From Actinomycetes bacterium (GTDB lineage Bacteria; Actinomycetota; Thermoleophilia; Gaiellales; Gaiellaceae), in NCBI GenBank assembly GCA_031370755.1, contig JANMQZ010000093.1:576-64575 (forward strand): DNA of 64,000 nucleotides, given 5' to 3'. The notes under the pieces are model-generated. The model saw nothing but the letters and a program-made list of their open reading frames with translations, made no database searches and had not been told where the DNA came from. Of the stretch, positions 20,358-30,131 are shown piece after piece. A program made the translations under genes and the position numbers. How positions within the stretch are numbered: position 1 is the stretch's first letter; each line of letters starts with the position of its first letter.

Positions 20358-21573
20358 GCGGTTACGTTATGCGCTCGACGTGGCTCCGTTACGCACCATC
20401 GAGGAGGCCCAGGCGCTCGTGCTCGCGCGCGCGCAGCCGCTCGGCGCCGAGCCGGTTCCGGTCGCCGCTGCCGCGGGGCGGGTCAGCGCGCAGGCGGCCA
20501 CGGCCGCCGTCGACCTGCCGCCGTTCGCGAGCTCCGCGATGGACGGCTTCGCGATTCGCGCCGGCGACGCTCCGGGACGGCTCACCGTCGTCGACCACGC
20601 CGCCGCGGGAAGCCCCGCCGATGTGGCGCTCGCCGCCGGGGAGGCGATCGAGATCTCTACCGGCGGTGTCGTCCCCGCCGGCGCCGACGCCGTCGTCCCC
20701 CTCGAGTATGTTGTCCACCATGACAACACGATCGAGATTGCCGAAGGCGTCGCTCCTGGTGCACACGTTCGCCCGCGCGGCGGCGACGTTGCGACGGGCG
20801 ATGTCGTCGTGCCTGCCGGTGCTCGGCTCGGGCCTGCGCAGGTCGGCGCGCTCGCTGCGGCCGGCATCGCCGAGGTCTCGTGTGCACGCCGTCCGCGCGT
20901 CGCGCTCCTCGCGACGGGCAGTGAGCTCGTTGCCGTCGGGATGCCGCTCGGCCCCGGTCAGATCTACGAGTCGAACGGGCTCATGCTCGCGGCCGCGCTC
21001 GCCGCCGCGGGTGCCGACATCGAGCTGTTGCCGACGGTCGCCGACGACGAGCCGGCGCACCGGGAGGCGCTCGCGCGCGGGCTCGCGGCGGACGTCCTCG
21101 TCACCTCGGGCGGCGTCTCGGTCGGACCGCACGATCTCGTGCGCCGGATCGAGGCGGAGCTCGGCGTCGAGGAAGTGTTCTGGCGCGTCGCGATCAAGCC
21201 GGGGAAGCCGATCTCGTTCGGCGTCCGTGGCGCGACGCTCGTGTTCGGGCTGCCGGGGAACCCGGTGTCGTCACTCGTCGGCTGCGAGCTGTTCGTCAAG
21301 CCGGCGCTGCGCGCGCTGCAGGGTCTTGCCGATCCGCTGCCGCGCGTCGAGCGCGGCGTGCTCGCAGCGGCGCTGCGCCGGAACGACGCCCGCGACGAGT
21401 TCGTGCGGGCGCGGTCACGCGTGGACCGGGACAGCGTCGTCCTCGAACCGCTCTCGGGTCAGGAGTCGCACATGATCGCGCGCGCTGCGGCGGCCGACGC
21501 GCTCGTGCACGTGCCGCGCGGCGCCGGCGTCCTCGACGCGGGGTCGACGGTCGGCTGGATCCGGCTCGGCTAG
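20356..21573 (+). CDS. moeA: Molybdopterin molybdotransferase MoeA
   Basis: PPFASSAMDGFAIR, STGGVVPAGADAVVP, LVTSGGVSVGPHD, VAIKPGKP, FGLPGNPVSS. Start is ambiguous: ATG 20356 overlaps the kinase start codon on the other strand; ATG 20341 and GTG 20380 are alternatives. Confidence 0.9.
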   Translation: MRLRYALDVAPLRTIEEAQALVLARAQPLGAEPVPVAAAAGRVSAQAATAAVDLPPFASSAMDGFAIRAGDAPGRLTVVDHAAAGSPADVALAAGEAIEISTGGVVPAGADAVVPLEYVVHHDNTIEIAEGVAPGAHVRPRGGDVATGDVVVPAGARLGPAQVGALAAAGIAEVSCARRPRVALLATGSELVAVGMPLGPGQIYESNGLMLAAALAAAGADIELLPTVADDEPAHREALARGLAADVLVTSGGVSVGPHDLVRRIEAELGVEEVFWRVAIKPGKPISFGVRGATLVFGLPGNPVSSLVGCELFVKPALRALQGLADPLPRVERGVLAAALRRNDARDEFVRARSRVDRDSVVLEPLSGQESHMIARAAAADALVHVPRGAGVLDAGSTVGWIRLG

Positions 21574-22241
21574 CCGACGCCGTACGGCTTGCCGTCGCGC
21601 GGCGCAACCGAGACGAGGCGCGCGTAGACGATGTAGCGGTGCGTCGCGAAGAAGCGCGGGTGGCAGGCCTGCAGCTCGAGCTGCTCGTGCAGGGGTGACT
21701 TCAGCACCGAGAGGTCGCTCGCGGAGACGACGCGGTGCGTGAACGCGCGATAGGTGAACGTCGCGTACGGCATCTCGAGCGTGATCGCGTCGCCCGCCCG
21801 GATCGCGTCGATGTGGGAGAACGGTGCGAGGTAGGTCGTCCGGTGGCCCGCGATGTAGACGAGGCGATTCTGGCCGGGCATCGCGCTGCGCGCGTCGCGG
21901 CCGGGCCCCTTCTTCAGCGAGTCGTGGTCGGTCCCGTCGACGAGCACCATGTGCAGGCCGATGCGGCTGATCTCGATCCGTCCGATCGCCTGGCCGGGTC
22001 GCGCCTCGCGCCGGAAGCGCTGTGCGTCGAGCGCGATCGCGCGGCGTTCGCCGCCCGCGGCGCCGACCGGCCGGTAGGCCGCAAGCTCGCGGTCGAGGCT
22101 CTGCGCGAGCTGGTGCTGCTGCCAGTGCGTGTAGAGCGCGGTGAACGGGTCCTGCCACTGCCACACGAGCAGCGCCCAGACGAGCGTGAGCACTCCGGCG
22201 CCGAGCATGAGGGCGCCGCTGATCCGTGCGAGGCGTGGCAT
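21570..22241 (-). CDS. Class E-like sortase
   Basis: N-terminal TM, IAGHRTTY (His), LELQACHP (TLxTC-type Cys), RYIVYARL (Arg). ATG 22241 lies 1 nt after the upstream stop. The longer track ORF extension is Arg-rich. Confidence 0.82.
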   Translation of the reverse strand: MPRLARISGALMLGAGVLTLVWALLVWQWQDPFTALYTHWQQHQLAQSLDRELAAYRPVGAAGGERRAIALDAQRFRREARPGQAIGRIEISRIGLHMVLVDGTDHDSLKKGPGRDARSAMPGQNRLVYIAGHRTTYLAPFSHIDAIRAGDAITLEMPYATFTYRAFTHRVVSASDLSVLKSPLHEQLELQACHPRFFATHRYIVYARLVSVAPRDGKPYGVG

Positions 22242-22242
22242 C

Positions 22243-24114
22243 TCAGCCGTGTAACGCGCGTCGGGCCGGTTCGGATGCGCGGCGCCTGCGGCGCTGCGCG
22301 AGCACGATGCTGCGCACGGTCTGGCGTAGCGGTCCGCGCGGCGGCCGTTCCGCGGCGGAGGGGTACGGCGCGTACCGGCCCGCCGCAAGCGCGGCGAGCT
22401 GCCCCGCCGCAGCGGCCCAGGCGAGCGCAATCACGAAGAGCGGCAGCGGTGCGTAGCCGAGCGCGAAGAGCGACACGACGTACCACGGCGCGTCCCAGCT
22501 CAGGCCGTAGCGGCCGGCGAAGGACCAGAGGAGCAGCGCGGGCCCGGCGAACCCCGCAAGGAGGACGACCACGCGCACGGCGACCGGGCTGCGGCGCACC
22601 TGCGGCAGCCAGACCCAGACGTGGAGCGACGGCAGGAGGAAGATGAGCGCGAACGGATTCGTCGCGACGACGAGGAGCGCGACGACGCTGAGCGCGAGGA
22701 GTGCGCCGGTGTGCCCGGCGATCTGCTCCTCCGCGCGTACGGGGCGCCGTGGCAGCAGCCGGTCACGCGCGACGATCCAGCCGATCCCTGCGAGCGTGGC
22801 GAGCCCGAGCATTGCGCCGGCCGGCCAGCGGACGTCGGTGAGGGACGGCGGCCGCGCGGCGCCGCTCCCCCAGGCGCCGAAGACCGCGAAGAGGCCGAAG
22901 ACCGCGCCGCACCAGAGCCAGAAGCCGAGGCGGCTGCGATAGCTCCGAAGTGCGGGCGCGATGCGGATGCGCCGCCGCCGGCAGCGCGCGAAGAGGTCGA
23001 CCGTGACCGCGAGAAACGGCAGGAGCGCCCCGATCAGGACGAGCTCGATCGCCCAGCCGCGTACGACGCGGCTGCCGAGATAGACGTAGCTCGGCGGGCC
23101 GGGCTCGAGCGCGACGCCCTGCTGCATGGCGTCGATCGCGTTCTGGGTCGCGCGGCCGATCTGCCCGAGGCGCGCGGTGTCGAGCGTTCGCGGCTCGTCG
23201 TGGAGCCCGGCCGCGGGACGGTCGGCTGCGGTCGTGATCGTGACGGCGGGGATGCCGCGCGTGACGAAGGGCGCCTGTTCGTAGCGGCTGTACGGGAAGC
23301 CGAGGTCGATGAGTTGGCGGAGCGCGCTCGGGCGCGTCGGCTCCGAGCCGGTCTCCTGCTCGAGCCTCGCGCGGACGGTCTCGACGAGGCCGGGTGCCGG
23401 CGAGCGTGGGGTGTCGCCGGCGAGCTCGAGCCGCGGCCTGCTGGAGCCGGCGATCGCGTCGAGGTTGACGACGCCGATCACGTTCTGCACCTCGGCGGCA
23501 TGTGCGGCGAACCACGCGGCGCCGAGCCCGCCGTCGATCGCGCCGTCCGTCGAGAGGAAGGCGAGCGTGTAGGGCAGAGGCACGCGGGTCGTTCCCGCGG
23601 CGGGTGCGTAGGCGCGGGCGAGCTCGAGCAGCGCTGCCGTCCCTGAGGCGTTGTCGTTTGCCCCGGCGCCGCTGCCGGAGTCGTCGCGGTGCGCCATGAG
23701 CAGGATCGTCTTCTGCGAGCGGCCGGGCCGGAGGGCGAGCAGGTTGACGAGGTGGACGCGGCGACGGCCCGCGGCGTCGGCCGTGAAGTGCTCCTGCCGC
23801 ACCTGGTAGCCGTAGGGCGCGAGCTGCTCGGCGAACCAGCGGGCGGCGCCGGTCGCGCCTGGCGTGCCGGGCACCCGGTTCGGCCAGCTGTCGGCGAGAT
23901 CGATGGCGAGCGCGCGGGCGGCGTCCTTGTCGAAGGCCGAGGGCAGGTTCGGCGGCGGCTGGAGCGCGCCGGGCCGGGCGACGCTGAAGGCGAGGACGAG
24001 GAGTGGCAGGCCGACGAGGAGCCACGTCCCGCGGTAGAGACGGCCGTTGATCGGCCGTTCGAGCGATCCGGGGCGCGGAGGGCGCCGCTCCGGTGCAGGC
24101 GGGAGGGCAGCCAC
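22243..24114 (-). CDS. M28 family metallopeptidase fused to a polytopic membrane domain
   Basis: N-terminal TM, LLMAHRDDSGSGAGANDNASGTAALLELA (M28 signature), then about 8 predicted TM helices in the C-terminal 270 aa. Confidence 0.85.
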   Translation of the reverse strand: MAALPPAPERRPPRPGSLERPINGRLYRGTWLLVGLPLLVLAFSVARPGALQPPPNLPSAFDKDAARALAIDLADSWPNRVPGTPGATGAARWFAEQLAPYGYQVRQEHFTADAAGRRRVHLVNLLALRPGRSQKTILLMAHRDDSGSGAGANDNASGTAALLELARAYAPAAGTTRVPLPYTLAFLSTDGAIDGGLGAAWFAAHAAEVQNVIGVVNLDAIAGSSRPRLELAGDTPRSPAPGLVETVRARLEQETGSEPTRPSALRQLIDLGFPYSRYEQAPFVTRGIPAVTITTAADRPAAGLHDEPRTLDTARLGQIGRATQNAIDAMQQGVALEPGPPSYVYLGSRVVRGWAIELVLIGALLPFLAVTVDLFARCRRRRIRIAPALRSYRSRLGFWLWCGAVFGLFAVFGAWGSGAARPPSLTDVRWPAGAMLGLATLAGIGWIVARDRLLPRRPVRAEEQIAGHTGALLALSVVALLVVATNPFALIFLLPSLHVWVWLPQVRRSPVAVRVVVLLAGFAGPALLLWSFAGRYGLSWDAPWYVVSLFALGYAPLPLFVIALAWAAAAGQLAALAAGRYAPYPSAAERPPRGPLRQTVRSIVLAQRRRRRASEPARRALHG

Positions 24115-24154
24115 GGCGCTCTAGTCTAGGACGCCGCCCCGGCGGTGCTCCGGA

Positions 24155-24193
24155 TTCCACGTGAAAACGCTTGCTCCTTTCCACGTGAAAACG
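24155..24193. promoter_or_regulatory. Two perfect 15-nt direct repeats TTCCACGTGAAAACG (CACGTG core), 24 nt apart
   Basis: Copies at 24155..24169 and 24179..24193, in the 238-nt divergent intergenic region between the M28 peptidase and the RsbW-like gene. Confidence 0.6.
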
Positions 24194-24240
24194 GCCGAGT
24201 GTTACCAAAAGACTGCACCTTGTGCGGTTCAGCACGTTCC

Positions 24241-24266
24241 GGTTAGAAGCGGCCTCCACGGGGTAG
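24241..24266 (+). promoter_or_regulatory. Possible SigB/SigF-type promoter (GGTTAG-N14-GGGTAG)
   Basis: Match by eye to GTTT-N12-17-GGGTAT stress-sigma consensus, about 90 nt upstream of the RsbW-like start. Overlaps the hairpin CCTCCAC-N7-GTGGAGG (24253..24273). Confidence 0.25.
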
Positions 24267-24352
24267 GTGGAGGCAACGAGGAGCGGCACCGTCGGCCGGA
24301 AGAGGTAGAAATCGGCGGGTTTAGGGTTGCGAATCTACGGAATAAGGACGAC

Positions 24353-24811
24353 GTGCACGCGATGAGCGATTTCTCGGTCGACGGTGCGACACGGGGCGAC
24401 GGCTCCCGTGCAGTCGTCCTGCGCATCCCGGCGAAGCCCGAGTACATCACCCTCTGCCGGCTCGCACTCACCGGCCTCGCGCAGTTGCGCGAGATCGCCG
24501 ACGACGTCATGGCCGACCTGAAGCTCGCGTTGACGGAGGCGGTGTCGAACTCGGTGCGGCACGCGTACGGCCCCGGCGGCGACGGCCACGTCGAAGTCAC
24601 GTACGAGCTGCAGCCCGACCGTCTCGCAATCGAGATCGTCGACGACGGCGCCGGTTTCGATCCGGACGAGGCACCGTCGCTCGGCGGCGAAGACGAGTTG
24701 TCCGAGGGCGGCCTCGGCATCGCGATCATCAAGACGATCGCCGACGAGTTCGAGCTCGACTCGCAGCCCGGTCGCCGCGGCTCGCGTCTGCGGTTCGTGA
24801 AGAACCTCTAG
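24353..24811 (+). CDS. Anti-sigma factor serine kinase (RsbW/SpoIIAB-like, HATPase_c)
   Basis: LALTEAVSNSVRHAY (N box), IVDDGAGFDP (G1), GGLGIAIIK (G2). GTG 24353 lies 7 nt after AAGGACGAC; ATG 24362 is an alternative. Confidence 0.85.
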   Translation: MHAMSDFSVDGATRGDGSRAVVLRIPAKPEYITLCRLALTGLAQLREIADDVMADLKLALTEAVSNSVRHAYGPGGDGHVEVTYELQPDRLAIEIVDDGAGFDPDEAPSLGGEDELSEGGLGIAIIKTIADEFELDSQPGRRGSRLRFVKNL

Positions 24812-24841
24812 CCGACCGCGGTCCTAAGCTCCTACGGAGCC

Positions 24842-26116
24842 GTGCTTCAACTTGTCAACGTCGGCCACAAGTCGCTTGCGGACTACGCGACGATCGCTGC
24901 TCGCGGGCTCATGGACGAGATTCGCGAGCTCGCCGCGCCGCTCGCGGGCGCGCGTGTGCTCGAGCTCTCCGCAACTGCGTTCGGCGGCGGCGTCGCCGAG
25001 ATCCAATACACGCTCGTGCCGCTCCTGCAGGACGCGGGGCTCTCGGTCGAGTGGCGGATCATCAAGGGCGCCGACGCGTTCTTCGCCGCGACGAAGACGA
25101 TTCACAATGCGCTTCAGGGCAACCCGCAGGGGCTGACTGCGGAGCAGCGCGATGTGTTCGCGCAGTTTCAGGAGTTGAACGCGCGCGAGATCGACGCCGA
25201 CGCGTACGACTTCATCGTCGTCCACGATCCGCAGCCGGTCGGCGTCATCGACCATCTCGGCGGCGGCTCGGCCAAGTGGATCTGGCGTGGCCACATCGAC
25301 TTCTCGACGCCGAACGACGACGTGCTCGACTTCCTCCTACCGTCGATCCGCCGCTACGACGCCGCGGTCTTCCACCTCGCCGACTACGTGCCGCGCCGCG
25401 ACGGCTTGCCGCCGTGCGTGATCTGGCCTCCCGCGATCGACCCGCTCGCCCCGAAGAACATGGCGCTCTCGCGCGAGGACGCCGCGTACATCGTCGACCA
25501 GTTCGGCATCGACGTCGGTCGGCCGCTCCTCACGCAGGTGTCGCGCTTCGATCCGTGGAAGGACCCCCTCGGCGTGATCGACGCGTACCGGCTCGTGAAA
25601 CGGGAGCACCCGGGAGTGCAGCTCGCGCTCGTCGGCTCGATGGCACACGACGACCCGGAAGGGTGGGACTACTGGAATCAGACGGTCGCGTACGCAGACG
25701 GCGATCCGGACATCTTCATCCTCTCGAACCTGAACAACGTGGGCTCGGTTGAGGTGAATGCGTTCCAGGTGCACTCGGCGGCCGTGATCCAGAAGTCGAT
25801 TCGCGAGGGCTTCGGCTTGACGGTCTCCGAGGCGTTGTGGAAGGGCCGCCCGACGGTGGCGGGCCGCGTCGGCGGGATCGTCACGCAGATCGAGGACGGA
25901 CGCACGGGCTGGCTCGTCGACTCGTCCGAAGGCTGTGCCGCCGCGTGTATCGAGGTGCTCGCCGACCCGGAAGCGGCGCATGCGCGCTCCCTGCTCGGCA
26001 AAGAGCACGTACGCAAGCGGTTTCTGACGCCGCGGCTCCTGCGTGACCGGCTCGCGCTCTTCAACCGGCTCGCCGGCCGGGAGACCGGTGCCGAGCTCGA
26101 CGTGATCGCCGCGTAG
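24842..26116 (+). CDS. treT: Trehalose glycosyltransferring synthase TreT (GT4)
   Basis: Long collinear similarity to archaeal TreT as I recall it: SATAFGGGVAEI, TKTIHNALQGN, VVHDPQP, TQVSRFDPWKDP, MAHDDPEGW, SIREGFGLTVSEALWKG. Confidence 0.88.
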   Translation: MLQLVNVGHKSLADYATIAARGLMDEIRELAAPLAGARVLELSATAFGGGVAEIQYTLVPLLQDAGLSVEWRIIKGADAFFAATKTIHNALQGNPQGLTAEQRDVFAQFQELNAREIDADAYDFIVVHDPQPVGVIDHLGGGSAKWIWRGHIDFSTPNDDVLDFLLPSIRRYDAAVFHLADYVPRRDGLPPCVIWPPAIDPLAPKNMALSREDAAYIVDQFGIDVGRPLLTQVSRFDPWKDPLGVIDAYRLVKREHPGVQLALVGSMAHDDPEGWDYWNQTVAYADGDPDIFILSNLNNVGSVEVNAFQVHSAAVIQKSIREGFGLTVSEALWKGRPTVAGRVGGIVTQIEDGRTGWLVDSSEGCAAACIEVLADPEAAHARSLLGKEHVRKRFLTPRLLRDRLALFNRLAGRETGAELDVIAA

Positions 26117-26146
26117 CCCCGGCCCGCCGCGGGATACGTTTCCCCG

Positions 26147-27601
26147 GTGCCGGGGAAGCGGAAGCTGATCGTCGTCGCGAACCGCGGCCCCGTCGCGTAT
26201 GCGCGGTCGGACGGCGGCGAGCGGATCACGAAGCGCGGCGGCGGCGGCCTCGTCACGGCGCTGCGGAGCCTCGTCACACAACACGACGTGACCTGGATCG
26301 GCAGCGCGATGAGCGACGAGGATCGCGCGGTCGCAGCCGAGCACGCGGGAGAGGCATTCGACGAGACGTTCCAGGACGGCTCGCCGTACCGGCTGCGCCT
26401 CGTGACACACGACGCCGCGGCGTACGACCGGTTCTACAACGTGGTTGCGAACCCGATCCTCTGGTTCATCCAGCACTACATGTGGGGTCTCGCGAACGAG
26501 CCCGATCTCGACTCGGCGTTCCACGCCGCATGGTCGGACGGCTACGTCCCGGTGAACGAGGGCTTCGCTGCGGCCGTGTCGGCCGAGCTCGAGCGTGAGC
26601 CGGAGGCGACAGTGTTCTTTCACGACTATCACCTCTATCTCGCGCCGGCGCTCGTGCGCGCACGCCATCCGGATGCGTTGACGACACACTTCATCCACAT
26701 CCCGTGGCCGGACACGGACTACTGGACGGTTCTGCCTGCGGAGCAGCGTGTCGCCGTGCACGAGGGACTGCTCGCGAACGACGTCGTCGGGCTGCACACG
26801 AACCGCTGGCGGCTCAATTTCCTGCGCAGCTGCGCGGACACTCTCGGTGCAGAGGTCGACGCCGAAGCGTCGACCGTCGTGCATCGAGGCCGGCACACGC
26901 TCGTCACGAGCCATCCGATCAGCATCGACACGGCCGAGTTCGCCGGACTGCGCGACGACGCCCGTGTCCTCGAAGAGGAACGGCTGATCGAGCAGCGCCG
27001 GCCCGAGGCGCTCGTCGTACGTGTCGACCGGACGGATCCGTCGAAGAACATCGTTCGCGGCTTTCGCGCCTTTGCGCTTTTCCTCGAGCAGCATCCGGAG
27101 TGGCACGGCCGCGTCACCTTCCTCGCGCTGCTCGACCCGTCGCGCCAGGATGTCCCGGCGTATGCGGCGTACCTCGCTGCGATCGAGCGCGAAGTCGCCG
27201 CCGTGAACGAGCGCTTTCAGCGTGACAGCTGGACGCCGGTCGACCTCGAGGTGGCCGACAACTTCTCCCAGTCCGTCGCCGCGTACAAGCAGTACGACGT
27301 GCTGCTCGTCAACGCGGTCTTCGACGGCCTCAATCTCGTCTCGAAGGAGGCGCCGCTTGTGAACGTTCGCGACGGCGTCCTCGTCCTCTCCGAGAACGCC
27401 GGCGCGCACGAGGAGCTCGCGGAGTGGGCACTGACGGTCAATCCGTTCGATCTCGAAGGCCAGGCGCGTGCGATTCACGAGGCGCTGACGATGGCGCCCG
27501 ACGAGCGCCGCCGCCGCCTCGACGGGATTCGGGCCCACGTCTCGGAGCACGATCTCGCGGCCTGGGTCTCCGCCCAGCTCGCCGACGTCGCACGCGTGTA
27601 G
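26147..27601 (+). CDS. otsA: Alpha,alpha-trehalose-phosphate synthase OtsA (GT20)
   Basis: LIVVANRGP, NPILWFIQHY, FHDYHLYLAP, HIPWP, VDRTDPSKNI, DGLNLVSKE. Confidence 0.92.
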   Translation: MPGKRKLIVVANRGPVAYARSDGGERITKRGGGGLVTALRSLVTQHDVTWIGSAMSDEDRAVAAEHAGEAFDETFQDGSPYRLRLVTHDAAAYDRFYNVVANPILWFIQHYMWGLANEPDLDSAFHAAWSDGYVPVNEGFAAAVSAELEREPEATVFFHDYHLYLAPALVRARHPDALTTHFIHIPWPDTDYWTVLPAEQRVAVHEGLLANDVVGLHTNRWRLNFLRSCADTLGAEVDAEASTVVHRGRHTLVTSHPISIDTAEFAGLRDDARVLEEERLIEQRRPEALVVRVDRTDPSKNIVRGFRAFALFLEQHPEWHGRVTFLALLDPSRQDVPAYAAYLAAIEREVAAVNERFQRDSWTPVDLEVADNFSQSVAAYKQYDVLLVNAVFDGLNLVSKEAPLVNVRDGVLVLSENAGAHEELAEWALTVNPFDLEGQARAIHEALTMAPDERRRRLDGIRAHVSEHDLAAWVSAQLADVARV

Positions 27602-27617
27602 GCGTACGATTCGGCCA

Positions 27618-29113
27618 ATGGCGACGACGGCAACTCCGGAGCTCGTCTCCGTCAATCCGGCGACGCTCGAGCCGGTCGGCGCAGTTCGCCGTACCGACCC
27701 GGACGAGCTGCCGCATGTCGTCGCAGCCGCGCGTGCGGCGCAGGAGCAGTGGCGCGCCGCCGGCCCGTCTGCGCGCGCGGAGGTCCTGCGTGCAGCCGCC
27801 CGGGCCGTCCGCGCGCACGCCGACGAGATAGTCGACTCGATCGTGGCCGAGACGGCGAAGCCGCGCACCGAGGCGATCGCAAATGAGCTCTACACGGCTG
27901 TCGACCATGCGCTCTGGCTTGCGAAGCGCGCGCCGCGCCTGCTCGCCGACGAACGCGTCCGCTTCAACCAGCTGCACCTGAAGACGAAGAAGGCGTGGCT
28001 CGTGTACGAGCCGCTCGGTGTCGTCGCGGCGATCACGCCGTGGAACATCCCGTTCGGCATCCCGTTCGCGGTGGTGGCGAACGCAATCGCCGCCGGCAAC
28101 GGTGTCGTTCTCAAGCCGTCCGAGCTGACGCCGTTGACCGCGGAGTGGGTGCCGCGGCTGCTCGAGGAAGCAGGCGCACCGCAGGGGCTCGTTCAGCTCG
28201 TGCAGGGCGAAGCTCCGGTGGGCGAGGCGCTCGTCGCCGATCCGGGAATCGCCAAGGTTTTCTTCACCGGCTCGGTCGGGGTGGGGCGCCGCGTCGCTGC
28301 CGCCGCCGGCGGGCGCGGGTGTCCGGTCGTGCTCGAGCTCGGGGGCAAGGACCCGCTCGTCGTCTTCGCGGATGCGGATCTCGATCGCGCGGTCGCGGGT
28401 GCGCTCTTCGCATCGTTCTTGAACGCGGGGCAGGCATGTGTGAGTACCGAGCGCATCTACGTCGAGCGTCCGGCGTACGACGAGTTCACGCAGCGGCTCG
28501 AGCAGGCGGCGCGCGAGTTGAAGCTCGGCGCCGAGGTCGGGCCGCTCATCTCGGAGCGCCAGCGCGACACGGTCGAGCGGCTCTCGCCGGCGAAGCGGCC
28601 CGCACGCACCGGCTGGTTCCTCGAGCCGACCGTGGTGCGCGGTCCGCTGCCGGATCAGGAGATCTTCGGCCCGGTCGTGACCGTGGAGCCGTTCGACGGC
28701 GAGGACGGCGCGGTGCAGCGCGCGAACGACAGCGAGTTCGGGCTTGCAGCGAGCGTGTGGTCGCGCGACCTCGCGAAGGCCGACCGCGTCGCGCGCAGGA
28801 TCGAGGCCGGGATGGTCTGGGTCAACGACTTCGGCTACTCGTTCACGACGGGCCAGGCGTCATGGGGAGGAGTCAAGAGCTCGGGGTTCGGGCGGACGAG
28901 CTCGAAGCACGGGCTGTACGAGTGCGTGCAGGTGAAGTACCTCGACTCCGAGCGCGGACGCCTGCGGCCGGCGTGGTGGTTCCCGTACGACGACGAGACG
29001 GAGCGCGCGCTGCGCGCGACACTCGACGTGCTCTACGGCGAGGGCCTCGAGCGCTGGCGCGCGGCCTGGCGGCACCGCGGCGCGCTCCGGCACATCCTGA
29101 AGCGGAGCAGGCC

Positions 29114-29117
<4 letters not shown>
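27618..29117 (+). CDS. NAD(P)-dependent aldehyde dehydrogenase
   Basis: [11 protein letters not shown], catalytic Glu LELGGKDP, catalytic Cys [20 protein letters not shown]. Confidence 0.92.
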
Positions 29118-29556
<439 letters not shown>

Positions 29557-29560
<4 letters not shown>

Positions 29561-30036
29561 AGGCGGCGGTGCTCACCGTCTCCGACCGCGTGTCGCGCGG
29601 CGAGGCGGAGGACGGGAGCGGCGACCTGCTCGAGGAACTGCTGCGCGGGGACGGACACGAGGTCGTCCGGCGCATCGTCCCGGACGAGCGCGTGCAGATA
29701 GCCGAAGCGCTGCGGGAGCTCGCAACGCAGGCACGGCTCGTGCTCTCGACCGGCGGTACGGGGCTCGCCCCACGCGACGTCACGCCGGAGGCGACGCGTG
29801 ACGTGCTCGAGCGCGAAGCTCCCGGCATCGCGCAAGCGCTGCGCGCTGATGCGCTGCACCACACGCCGTACGCTCAGCTCTCCCGCGGCACCGCGGGCAC
29901 GATCGGCAGCACGCTCATCGTCAACCTCCCCGGCTCCCCCGGCGGCGCCCGCGACGGCTATGCCGTCCTCAGCCCGGCGCTCGAGCATGCGCTCGACCTC
30001 CTCGCAGGCGACCCGACTCCGCACCGCCAAACCTGA
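29557..30036 (+). CDS. mog: MogA/MoaB family molybdenum cofactor biosynthesis protein
   Basis: GTGA overlap with moa[52 protein letters not shown]. Confidence 0.9.
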
Positions 30037-30053
30037 CCCGCGAGGACAGCTCT

Positions 30054-30131
30054 CGGTGTCAGACACCGTGGTCGGGCATCGCATGGTTGAGCCAAATGTC
30101 GTCCGGAGCGGACAGTGTCCCGGTGTCAGAC
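30054..30131. promoter_or_regulatory. Palindrome CGGTGTC-A-GACACCG and a second GGTGTCAGAC copy upstream of the UbiA-family gene
   Basis: 15-nt palindrome at 30054..30068; CGGTGTCAGAC again at 30121..30131; GACAgTGTC at 30111..30119. Confidence 0.4.

Noticed and set aside
24155-24193. The CACGTG-core repeats as parS centromere sites.
   Set aside because: Only 11 of 16 positions match TGTTTCACGTGAAACA, and the flanks are not palindromic in the first copy. I found no canonical parS anywhere in the window when scanning CACGTG occurrences. Kept as an operator candidate instead.
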